A stretch of 64,000 bases of DNA from Candidatus Marinacidobacterium sp. (GTDB taxonomy: Bacteria > Acidobacteriota > Vicinamibacteria > Marinacidobacterales > Marinacidobacteraceae). The notes under the pieces are model-generated. The model ran no database searches, was not told the origin of the DNA, and saw nothing but the letters and a program-made list of their open reading frames with translations. The stretch is taken from the NCBI GenBank assembly GCA_965204755.1, contig OZ242011.1:832001-896000 (forward strand), written 5' to 3'. Both the position numbers and the translations under genes were made by a program. Below, one piece after another: positions 1 through 8,368 of this stretch (position 1 is the stretch's first letter; every line of letters begins with the position of its first letter).

Positions 1-2
1 CC

Positions 3-950
3 ATGCTCGGCGCGTCGCCGGACGAAGTCGCGCTCACCCGCAACACCAGCGAGTCGAACAACATCGTGAACGCCGGGCTCCCGCTCGGGCCGGGAGACGA
101 AGTGGTCGCGTGGGACCAGAACCACCCGACGAACAATGTCGCCTGGGAGGTCCGGGCGGCGCGCCACGGGTTCTCCGTGCGCCGGGTGGGCGTTCCCGCC
201 GCGCCCGGAGCGCCGGGCGACCTGGTGGCGCCTTTCGTTTCGGCGTTCACGGACGCGACGAAGGTCGTGGCGCTGACGCATGTCTCCAATGTCTCCGGCA
301 TCCGGCTGCCGGTTCGGGAGATCGCCGACGCCGCGCACGAACGCGGCATCCTGGTCCATGTGGACGGGGCGCAGAGTTGGGGCGGCCTGCGGGTGGATGT
401 CCGCGCGCTCGGCGCCGACACCTTCACTTCGAGTTCGCACAAGTGGTTCTGCGGGCCGAAGGAATGCGGCGTGCTGTTCGTCCGCGAAGAGCGCATCCCC
501 GGGATGTGGCCGTCGATCGTCGCCCCCGGTTGGGGCGCGGACGCCGACCCCGACCCGCGGGGCGCGCGGAAGTTCGAGTCCATGGGACAGCGCGACGACG
601 CCTGCCTCGCGGCGATGGCCACCACCGCGGCGTTCCACCGGGAAATCGGCGTGGAGCGGATCGAGTCCCGGATGATGGCGCTCGCCCGCCGGCTGAAGGA
701 GGGCGCCGCCGCGCTCGGCCTCCCGTTGGTCACGCCGATGGACGACGAGATGTCCGCCGGCGTGGTGATCGTCGAAGTCCCGGGCGAGTCGCGCCGCGAA
801 GTGTTCTCCCGGATGTACGAGGAGTACGGCGTCGCCGGCTCCACTTCCGGCGGGTTCCGCCTCTCCCCGCACCTCTACAACACCGAGGAACACATCGAAC
901 GCGCCCTCGCCGGCCTCGAAGGCCTCCGCCCGCTCATCCGCCCCGCCTGA
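3..950 (+). CDS. Class V PLP-dependent aminotransferase (cysteine desulfurase / isopenicillin-N-epimerase-like), probably 5'-truncated by the window edge
   Basis: Motifs NTSES, THVSNVSG, HVDGAQ (PLP-binding Asp/Gln), SSHKW (Schiff-base Lys) and the C-terminal RLSPHLYNT are typical of class V aminotransferases. The ORF begins at the window edge in a mid-protein context. Confidence 0.85.
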   Translation: MLGASPDEVALTRNTSESNNIVNAGLPLGPGDEVVAWDQNHPTNNVAWEVRAARHGFSVRRVGVPAAPGAPGDLVAPFVSAFTDATKVVALTHVSNVSGIRLPVREIADAAHERGILVHVDGAQSWGGLRVDVRALGADTFTSSSHKWFCGPKECGVLFVREERIPGMWPSIVAPGWGADADPDPRGARKFESMGQRDDACLAAMATTAAFHREIGVERIESRMMALARRLKEGAAALGLPLVTPMDDEMSAGVVIVEVPGESRREVFSRMYEEYGVAGSTSGGFRLSPHLYNTEEHIERALAGLEGLRPLIRPA

Positions 951-975
951 ACCGCGCCGCGCCCGGCGCGCGGTT
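950..975. terminator. Candidate hairpin between convergent genes
   Basis: aaccgcgc (950-957) pairs with gcgcggtt (968-975) around a 10-nt loop and fills the gap between the two convergent stop codons. Only a short T tract follows. Confidence 0.35.
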
Positions 976-2166
976 TCACTTCCGGCCGGCGGCGCGGGCG
1001 GTCTCCCGGCGCAGGAACCGGTCGAAGAGGGGAACGGTGAAGTCCACTTCACCGTGGCGGGGGGAAACGCAGAGACCGCTTCGCGCCAGCGAGTCGAGCC
1101 GCGAGTCGAAGTCGGACGCCGGGAGGCCCGAAGCGGCCCGGAGGTCCTGCTCCGGATACGGCCCGGCGCCGAGGGACGCCATGGCGAAGAGCAGCGCGCG
1201 ATCTTCCGCGGGCGCCCGGTCGAAGCGGACGCGGAAGAACCCGTCGTCGAGCCGCGCCAGCGCGTTCGGCGCCGCCGCCTCCGCCTCTTCGAGGGTGATG
1301 ACCTCGGGGCCGGCGGCGGTGTCCCAAACCGCGCGACCGAATTCCTGCACGAAGTACGGATACCCCGAAGTCAACTCGACGATCCGATCCACCGCGTCGC
1401 GCCGAAAACGGACCCCCGCTGCTTCCACCGGCGTCTCCAGGGCCTCCCGCGCCTCCTCCGGGTCGAGACCGTGGAGGACCCGGAACTCGAAGAGACGCTC
1501 GGAATAGGAGGCGGCTTCGCCGAGCAGCCCGATCAGGGAGGGAAGACCCGCCGCGGCCACGAGCAGGGGCAGGCCGTCCTGACCGATCCGGTGCAGGGCG
1601 GCGACGAGGGCGGAGAGTTCCGCCCTCCCGAGATCCTGGAGTTCGTCGATCTCCCGGAAGACGCCCACGCCGCGCTCCCGAGCCGCGGCGCCGACCTGCC
1701 CGAGAAGACCCCCCAAGTCGTGGTGGAGCAGACCGGAGTCCGCCAGTCCTGCGGCAGGCTCGGCGCCGATCTCGAAATCGACGCTCCCGGGCAGTTTCCA
1801 ACGCGCCCGGAACGACCGGAGAACGGCCGCCGCCCGGCGAGTTCGGGGGCCCGGCGCCTCGCCGCGCGCGAGGCCGAGCAGGGCCTTCCCCGCCAATTCG
1901 GCCACCTCCTCGGGGAACGACCGGTCCGGCGCCGCTTCCGCGCGCCCGCAGGCCCAACCCAGGTCTTCGACTCTTCGTCCGAACTCGCCGAGGAGAACGG
2001 TCTTGCCGACCCCGCGAAACCCGGTGAGCAGGAGGCTGCGCGCATGGAGACCGTTGCCCATGCGGGTGGCGGCGACCACGCCGGCGTCGATCTCCGCCCG
2101 GCGGCCCGCCAGCGTCGGCGGACGGGCGCCGGCCCCCGGCGTGAACGGGTTCCGGGCGGGGTCCAT
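976..2166 (-). CDS. Stand-alone P-loop AAA-like ATPase (AAA_16/archaeal-ATPase-like) with probable C-terminal winged helix
   Basis: N-terminal NPFTPGAG..P..LAGR, Walker A GFRGVGKT, Walker B IDELQ, GYPYFVQ motif and C-terminal FTVPLFDRFL. Confidence 0.85.
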   Translation of the reverse strand: MDPARNPFTPGAGARPPTLAGRRAEIDAGVVAATRMGNGLHARSLLLTGFRGVGKTVLLGEFGRRVEDLGWACGRAEAAPDRSFPEEVAELAGKALLGLARGEAPGPRTRRAAAVLRSFRARWKLPGSVDFEIGAEPAAGLADSGLLHHDLGGLLGQVGAAARERGVGVFREIDELQDLGRAELSALVAALHRIGQDGLPLLVAAAGLPSLIGLLGEAASYSERLFEFRVLHGLDPEEAREALETPVEAAGVRFRRDAVDRIVELTSGYPYFVQEFGRAVWDTAAGPEVITLEEAEAAAPNALARLDDGFFRVRFDRAPAEDRALLFAMASLGAGPYPEQDLRAASGLPASDFDSRLDSLARSGLCVSPRHGEVDFTVPLFDRFLRRETARAAGRK

Positions 2167-2211
2167 CGTCCGCCGGTCTGCCGGGCGCGCCGACCGCGGC
2201 TTCGCGAGCCC

Positions 2212-4458
2212 CTACCGGGCCAGCGCCCAGACGATGGAGCCGACGACGGTGCGGCCGGGGGCGAGGACGGCGCGGGAGTCGGCGCTGATGGCGTAGGCGC
2301 GGTCGAGCAGGTTGCGGGCGGAGACGCGGAGTTCGGCGCCGGCGGCGAGGGGCACGCCGACCGCGGCGTCCAGCCGGGCGTAGGCGTCGGTCTCGATTTC
2401 CGTGGGGCCGGGGCGGTCGCCCTTCGCGAAGCCGACCAGGACGACTTCGCCGAAGGCGCGGTCGCCGAAGCGGCGGCGGAGGCCGATGCGGAGGTTCGCC
2501 GGGGGGATCTCCGCCAGCGGGCTGTCGTCTTCGGCGGCGCCGCGCATCAGGCCGGCGGCCAGGTCGAGCGAGAACGGGTCCCCGGCGGCGCCGACCTGGA
2601 TTTCCAACTCCACGCCGCTGATGCGGGCCTCGCCGCGGTTGCGGAAGTCGTAGATGTCGCGGCTCAGGGGATCCTCGTAGCGCTCGACCAGGTCGGTGAT
2701 CCGGTAGCGGAAGCCGTAGAGGCCGCCGTGGACGCGGCCGGTCCCGAAGCGCAGCGAGCCGTCGGCCTGGAGCGACCGCTCCGGCCGGAGGTCCGGGTTG
2801 CCGAACACCAGCCCGCGGCCGCTGAGCCCGGCGTAGTAGCGGTCGGAGAGCGTGGGGTCGCGGAACCCGCGCGAGAGTTGCCCGGCGAGCGCCGCGCCCC
2901 GGGGCAGTTCGGCCCGGAGCGCCAGGAAGCCGCTGAACGCCTCGTGGCGGGCGGCGAGCGCCCGGACGCCGCCGAGCAGCGCGCGGACGCCGCCGGGTTG
3001 GCCGGAGCGGGAGCGCACCGCGGAGAGCCGCGCCCCGGCGCTCCCGGTGAGCCGGTCGGCGAGCGGTATCTCGGAGTGGCCGTAGAGGGAGACCTCGTTC
3101 CGGGTGGCGCCGCCCAGCCGCGAGCCGATGTCGGCGAACCGGCCGGTGAAGAGGTCGACGGGGATGCCCTCGATCCTCGTCCGGTTCTCCAGGCCGAACC
3201 GGCTCAGCGCCTCGGCGCCGACTTCGAGCCGGCCCCGGCCGAGCGGACGGACGCCGCTGACCCGCAGCATGAAGTCGCGCGCCTCCACCTCGGAGTCCAC
3301 GGCCACCTCGTCGGCCTCCCGGCGGGTCCACAGGCGGTGCGAGCCGTAGAAGACCGAGGCGTCGAGGCGGGCGAAGCCCCACCGGGGGGCGAACCGGTAG
3401 TCGGCGGTGAAGCGGGTCGAGTCCTCTTCGGGATAGGAAGTGACCGACGAAGTCCGGCGCGGCCGGCCGATGTTGCGGCCGGCGTCCACCTGGACGCCCA
3501 GGGAGAGCGTCCCGCCGCCGACTTCGCGCGCGCCCCGCAGGAGGAAGCCGTAGTCCTCGGCCCCGGAGCCGGCGACCACCCCCTCCGGGCTGCGGTAGTC
3601 GGCGAAGGCCCGGCGGCGGGCGGAGGCCAGGAACCCGGTCCGCCCCGCCGAGCCGGCGGCTTCCGCGCCGAAACTGGTTTCCGGCAGGCCGGCGCCCCGG
3701 GTGGCGCGGAGGCGGGCGGAGAGCGGCGCGCCGGGGGCCGGGCGGTGGGTGCGGGCGTGGATGACCCCCCCGAACGCGTCCGAGCCGTAGGCGACGGAAG
3801 CCGGCCCCCGGACCACCTCCACCGCGTCGAGGAAGAACGGGTCGAGGAAGGCGCCGCCGGCGCCGGCCCGGCGCTCGGTGGTCACCCGGGCGCCGTCGAG
3901 CAGGAGCACCGTGCGCCCGCGGGAGAGCCCCCGCAGCGAGGGGACGCCGGCGTGGAGGTCGCTGCTGCGGCCGCTGCCCGGAATCGCCTCGAGCACATCG
4001 GCGAGGCGCGGCGCCTGCCGGGTGCGGATGGCCTCGCCGGAGATGACCGCGGCGGCGGCGCCGGGCGTGGCGTCGGTGTGCGGGACCGCGCCGGCGGTGA
4101 TGGTCACGCTCTCGGCGATGGCCAGTTCCCGGACCCGGATCTCCACCGGCGAAGGGTCGAGCGACTCCACGGTTACCGGGGCGGTGTAGCGGTCGCCGGG
4201 CAGGACGACCAGCACCTCGAAGGGAGGCGCCGGGTCGGGCTGCCAGGTGAACCGCCCGTCGGCGCCGGTGGTGACGAAACCGGCGGCGCCGAGGACCTGC
4301 ACGATGGCGCCGGCGACCGGCTCCCCGGAGTCGAGGACCACCCGCCCCTCGAAGGCCGCCGCCGGCGCGGCGAACGATCCGGCGGCGAGGAGCCCGGCCA
4401 GCGCCCGCCGGAGGATCGGGAGCGCCGGGGACATCGCCGGAGGGCAAGCCAGACTCAT
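2212..4458 (-). CDS. TonB-dependent outer-membrane receptor with N-terminal carboxypeptidase-regulatory-like domain
   Basis: ATG at 4458 overlaps the upstream TGA (ATGA); an alternative start is 4434. Signal peptide, GRVV..GEPVAGA.V domain, TonB-box-like ESVTITA, plug motifs LRGL and EVVRGPASVAYGSDAFGGVI, barrel motifs GNPDLRPE and NLLDRAY..PGR. The track's extension to 5136 is a shadow of the upstream gene. Confidence 0.9.
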   Translation of the reverse strand: MSLACPPAMSPALPILRRALAGLLAAGSFAAPAAAFEGRVVLDSGEPVAGAIVQVLGAAGFVTTGADGRFTWQPDPAPPFEVLVVLPGDRYTAPVTVESLDPSPVEIRVRELAIAESVTITAGAVPHTDATPGAAAAVISGEAIRTRQAPRLADVLEAIPGSGRSSDLHAGVPSLRGLSRGRTVLLLDGARVTTERRAGAGGAFLDPFFLDAVEVVRGPASVAYGSDAFGGVIHARTHRPAPGAPLSARLRATRGAGLPETSFGAEAAGSAGRTGFLASARRRAFADYRSPEGVVAGSGAEDYGFLLRGAREVGGGTLSLGVQVDAGRNIGRPRRTSSVTSYPEEDSTRFTADYRFAPRWGFARLDASVFYGSHRLWTRREADEVAVDSEVEARDFMLRVSGVRPLGRGRLEVGAEALSRFGLENRTRIEGIPVDLFTGRFADIGSRLGGATRNEVSLYGHSEIPLADRLTGSAGARLSAVRSRSGQPGGVRALLGGVRALAARHEAFSGFLALRAELPRGAALAGQLSRGFRDPTLSDRYYAGLSGRGLVFGNPDLRPERSLQADGSLRFGTGRVHGGLYGFRYRITDLVERYEDPLSRDIYDFRNRGEARISGVELEIQVGAAGDPFSLDLAAGLMRGAAEDDSPLAEIPPANLRIGLRRRFGDRAFGEVVLVGFAKGDRPGPTEIETDAYARLDAAVGVPLAAGAELRVSARNLLDRAYAISADSRAVLAPGRTVVGSIVWALAR

Positions 4459-6014
4459 ACCGACCGGGGGCGGCCGGCCCGCGCCCGGGAGACGCCCAGC
4501 GCCGCGCCGAAGAGCCCCGAAACCAGGGTGAGGCAAGCCAGCCCGCCGAGTTGCACCCAGTCGGCGAACGCCTCCGGACGGACGACCCGGCGGAACCCCT
4601 CCGCCAGCGAGAAGCCGTCCTCCGGGGCCAGCCGGAGCGCCTTCAGCGCGGAGAGCAGCGACGCGGCCAGCAGGAACAACGCGCCGCCGGCGCCGGCCCA
4701 GAGGCCGAAGGCGGCGAGGACTCCCGGGGACGCCGCCGGGGAGGCGGACGGGGCGTCCGGCCCGCCCTCGGCGCGGAACACCGGGTCGCGGACGCCGAAC
4801 GGCGCGAAGCGGTGGAGGAGGACGAGTCCCGGGATCCCCATCGCCATGGTGGACAGGAAGAAGGCGCGCCAGCCGAGCGCGTCCACCGCGAAGCCGGTGA
4901 CCGGCCCGGCGAGGAGCCGGGGGAGGGCGAACAGGCCGGAGAAGAGCGCGTACTGGGTCGCCGAGAACCGCTTCTCGGTGATCCTCAGCAGCAGCACCGA
5001 GAACGCCCCGGTGCCGAGTCCGCTGGTGAGCAACTCGAACGCCGTCGCTCCGTACATCCAGGCCAGACTGCCTTCCGCGCCGGCGACGAAGTAGTAGCCG
5101 AGGTTCGAGAAGATCTGGAGGCCGCCGAAGAGCCACAGCGACGGCCCCAGCCCGGCCATGGTGGTGACGATCCCGCCGGCGAACGCGCCGAACACCGTGG
5201 CCGCGAGGCCCACCGTGCCGAGGGCGACCCCCCGGTGGTTCGCGCCGTAGCCCATGTCCACCAGGAACGGGCGGGTCAGCGCCTGCGCCAGGTTGTCGGC
5301 GAACTTGTAGAAGAAGACGAAGGCCAGGATCTCCAGCGCGCGGGGCCGGGAGAGCGCTTCGAGGAAGGGCTGCCAGACCGCGTCGGCGAGCGTCTTGGGC
5401 CGGACTTCCCGGCCCTCCGGCTCCGGCGCCCGCCAGGTTACGAGCAGCATGGGCAGGAACAGCAGCCCCAGCAGCGCGTTCACCGCGCCCCAGCCCAGTT
5501 GCGCGGCGAGGCTGATCGCGCCGCCGCCGGCGACCAGCATGGCGGCGCGGTAGAGCGCGATCCGGGCGCCCACCGCCGCGCCCTGCTCCTCGGGGCGCAG
5601 CACCTCGACTGCGTAGGCGTCGAGCACGATGTCCTGCGAAGCGGCGGCGAGCCCCACCGCGAGCGCCAGCGCGCCCACCACCCAGATGGCGTCCGGGTGG
5701 TCCCCGGCGCCGCCCAGCAGCAGGCAGCAGGCCAGCAGCGCGACCTGGGTCACCGCCATCCAGCCGCGCCGGCGCCCCCAGAAACCGGGGACGAACCGGT
5801 CCATGAACGGTGACCAGAGGATCTTGAACGCCCAGGGGATCTGCGCCAGGTTGAAGAGGCCCACGATCCGGATGTCCACGCCGATGTCCCGCATCCAGTC
5901 CGGGATCGCGTACCAGACGAGGCCCAGCGGCAGGCCCGACGAGAACGAGAGCGCCACCACCGAGAGCGCGCGCCGGGAGCGGAGGCCGGCGAGCGCCGCG
6001 GAGAGCCGGGTCAT
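4455..6014 (-). CDS. ampG: AmpG-like MFS muropeptide permease
   Basis: Start MTRLSAAL at 6014 (ATGA overlap). AmpG signatures FSSGLPL, KILWSPFMD, GRRRGW, ASQDIVLDAY and FSATQYALFS; many hydrophobic helices. Confidence 0.85.
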   Translation of the reverse strand: MTRLSAALAGLRSRRALSVVALSFSSGLPLGLVWYAIPDWMRDIGVDIRIVGLFNLAQIPWAFKILWSPFMDRFVPGFWGRRRGWMAVTQVALLACCLLLGGAGDHPDAIWVVGALALAVGLAAASQDIVLDAYAVEVLRPEEQGAAVGARIALYRAAMLVAGGGAISLAAQLGWGAVNALLGLLFLPMLLVTWRAPEPEGREVRPKTLADAVWQPFLEALSRPRALEILAFVFFYKFADNLAQALTRPFLVDMGYGANHRGVALGTVGLAATVFGAFAGGIVTTMAGLGPSLWLFGGLQIFSNLGYYFVAGAEGSLAWMYGATAFELLTSGLGTGAFSVLLLRITEKRFSATQYALFSGLFALPRLLAGPVTGFAVDALGWRAFFLSTMAMGIPGLVLLHRFAPFGVRDPVFRAEGGPDAPSASPAASPGVLAAFGLWAGAGGALFLLAASLLSALKALRLAPEDGFSLAEGFRRVVRPEAFADWVQLGGLACLTLVSGLFGAALGVSRARAGRPRSV

Positions 6015-7504
6015 CGCGCCGTCGGGCGGCCGGTCGGGCGGGCGGTCAGCCGGGAGACCAGGGAGGCGGCGGCCACGGTGGCGAGCGAACCGGCCATCAC
6101 ATCCCAGGTGAAGGCGAGCGGGAACCCGGCGAGCCGGACGGCCGCCGGGACCGCGAAGCCGGCGCCCATGCCGACGAGGACTGCGTTCGGGGTCGCCCGG
6201 CGGGAGAGGATCGCCAGCAGGAAGGCCCCGACGGTGGGGCCGGAGGCGTAGGAGAGCACCGAAAGCCCCGCTTCGAGCGCCGAGGGCGCGCGCTGGGCGG
6301 CGAGCGCGACGCCGGTCTGCGCCAGGCCCCAGAAGACGACGAACTGGCGTCCGACCCGGACCTGGGCCCGATCTTCCGCGTCCGCGGCCGCGCTCGGCCC
6401 GGAAACACCGGACGGGGCGGCCGCGAGCCGCTCCCGCCGGCGCGCCCGCCACGGGAGCCAGAAGTCGCGGACGGTGGTCGAGGCGATGCTCACCAGCGAG
6501 GGCGAGAGCGCCGCCGCGACCACGGCGGCCAGGGCCACCCCGGCCGCCGGCCCGCCCAGTTGCTCGGCGACGAAGGTGGGGAGGACTTCGTCCGGGCGGG
6601 CGAAGGTCCGCGCCCCGTTCCCGTAGTAGCCCCAGAGCCAGGTCCCGATCCCCAGGAAGAGGCCGAACTGCAGGAAGGCGCCGACCCCGGAGAGGACCAG
6701 CCCGGCCTGCGCGTGCCGGAGCGAGCGGGCGGCGAGGAGGCGCTGGACCAGGTACTGGTCGGAGCCGTGGGTGGCGAGCGTGAGGAAGAAGCCGCCGAGG
6801 ACGCCCGCCCCGAGCGTGTAGGGGATCGTCAGGTCGGCGGAGGGGTCGAGGAGCCGCAGTTTCCCGGCGTCCGCCGCCGCGGAGAGGAAGGCGAACGGCT
6901 CCGCGCCGCCGCCCCGGTGGAGCGCGGCCACGATGACCCCGGCGCCGAGCAGGTACACCCCGAGTTGCACCACATCGGTCCAGATGGTGGCGCGGACGCC
7001 GCCCTCCTCGGAGAAGAGCACCATCGCCCCGGCGAGCGCGACGATGCACCACCACTCGGGGACGCCGGCCACGATGGCCACCATGAGCGCGGCGGCGTGG
7101 AGGCGGATGCCGTCGGCGAGGTTCCGGTACACGATGAAGATCGCCGCGGCGGCGCCCCCCACCCGGCGGCCGAACCGGCGGAGGAGCAACTCGTAGGTGG
7201 TGACCACCTGCCCGCGGAAGTAGGCGGGGAGCAGCAGCAGGGCCACGCCGACCCGACCGAGGACGAACCCGAAGGCGATCTGGAGGAACCGGAAGTCCCC
7301 TTCGTAGGCGAAGCCGGGAACCGAAGTGAAGGTGAGGACGCTGGTCTCGGTGGCCACGATGCAGGCGGCGACCGCCCAGAAGGGCGCGGTGCGGCCGGCG
7401 AGGAAGAAGCCGGAGACGGTGCGGTCGCGGCGGCCGACAACCACCCCGAAGGCGGTGATCCCGGCCAGGTAGCCGAGCACCACGAGGACGGTGGAAGGGC
7501 TCAT
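6011..7504 (-). CDS. Sodium:solute symporter (SSS family)
   Basis: FFLAGR, IVATETS.LTF.SVPG.AY, GGVRATIWTDVVQ and HGSDQYLVQRLLAARS motifs; highly hydrophobic, 497 aa. Confidence 0.9.
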   Translation of the reverse strand: MSPSTVLVVLGYLAGITAFGVVVGRRDRTVSGFFLAGRTAPFWAVAACIVATETSVLTFTSVPGFAYEGDFRFLQIAFGFVLGRVGVALLLLPAYFRGQVVTTYELLLRRFGRRVGGAAAAIFIVYRNLADGIRLHAAALMVAIVAGVPEWWCIVALAGAMVLFSEEGGVRATIWTDVVQLGVYLLGAGVIVAALHRGGGAEPFAFLSAAADAGKLRLLDPSADLTIPYTLGAGVLGGFFLTLATHGSDQYLVQRLLAARSLRHAQAGLVLSGVGAFLQFGLFLGIGTWLWGYYGNGARTFARPDEVLPTFVAEQLGGPAAGVALAAVVAAALSPSLVSIASTTVRDFWLPWRARRRERLAAAPSGVSGPSAAADAEDRAQVRVGRQFVVFWGLAQTGVALAAQRAPSALEAGLSVLSYASGPTVGAFLLAILSRRATPNAVLVGMGAGFAVPAAVRLAGFPLAFTWDVMAGSLATVAAASLVSRLTARPTGRPTAR

Positions 7505-7516
7505 TCGCGGGAGAGC

Positions 7517-7570
7517 GAACCGGACGGAGAACCGGACAGCGAACCGGGGGAACCGGGCGGGAAACCGGGC
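7517..7570. repeat. Five short imperfect (G)AACCGG direct repeats upstream of the SSS symporter start
   Basis: gaaccggacgga-gaaccggacagc-gaaccgggg-gaaccgggcggg-aaaccggg, spaced about 9-12 nt apart. Confidence 0.5.
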
Positions 7571-7642
7571 CGGCGCGGGCCGCCCGTCGAGCGGCGCGCG
7601 GCCGGGCCGCTGCTCCGGCTCAGCGGAGGGGGGCGGGCCGGC

Positions 7643-8368
7643 TCACCCCGGACTCGCCGTGCGGATGACGCGGCCGCGGGAGGTGATGCGGAAGCCGTCC
7701 GGCAGGACGCGCTCCGCCGCCGGCCGGTGGCCGCGGACCTCCCATTCGAGGTCGGCGAAGACTTCGGCGATGGCGATCCGCACGCGGGCGGAGTCCTCCT
7801 CCCCGGAAACGAACGCCTCGAGCAGCGCTTCGCGGGTGGCCGGGTCGCGCCGCTCGGCCAGCGCCCGCACCGCCGCGATGCGGACCGTGTCGTCGCTGCT
7901 CGCGAGGCACCGGGCGAGCCCGGCGGGCTCGGCCTCCACCGAGGCGAGGAACTCGAGGATCTGGACCGCCTTCGGCCCCCGGATCGCCACCGGGTCGCCG
8001 TCCGAGAGAACCTCGAACAGGAAGGCGGCGAGCGCCTCGGCCGGCATGAGTTCGCGGAGCGCGTCCATCGCCCAGGTGACTTCGTCGTGGCCGGCGATGT
8101 AGCGCCGCACCGGCGCCACCGCGCCCTCGCCGACCTCGACCAGCAGGTCGCGCACCCACCGCTTCTCCTGGTCGTCCTGTTCCAGGTTCCCGGCGGTCAT
8201 GGTGAACCGCCGGGCGAGTTGGTACACCGCCTCCGGCGTCCCGATGCCGACCAGGCGCTCCGCGGCGTCCTGCCGCATCTCCGGCTGGGCGTAGCGCTCG
8301 GTGAGCGTCTTCGCCGCCCGGCGGATGCGGAAGGCCAGCCGGCCCTCCCGGGAGAGGAGGGAGATCAC
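7643..8368 (-). CDS. HEAT-repeat-like alpha-helical protein
   Basis: GTG start overlapping the upstream TGA (8365-8368). Helical-repeat motifs RQDAAERLV.IG, DDTVRIAAVRALAE and SARVRIAIAEVFA. Confidence 0.7.
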   Translation of the reverse strand: MISLLSREGRLAFRIRRAAKTLTERYAQPEMRQDAAERLVGIGTPEAVYQLARRFTMTAGNLEQDDQEKRWVRDLLVEVGEGAVAPVRRYIAGHDEVTWAMDALRELMPAEALAAFLFEVLSDGDPVAIRGPKAVQILEFLASVEAEPAGLARCLASSDDTVRIAAVRALAERRDPATREALLEAFVSGEEDSARVRIAIAEVFADLEWEVRGHRPAAERVLPDGFRITSRGRVIRTASPG

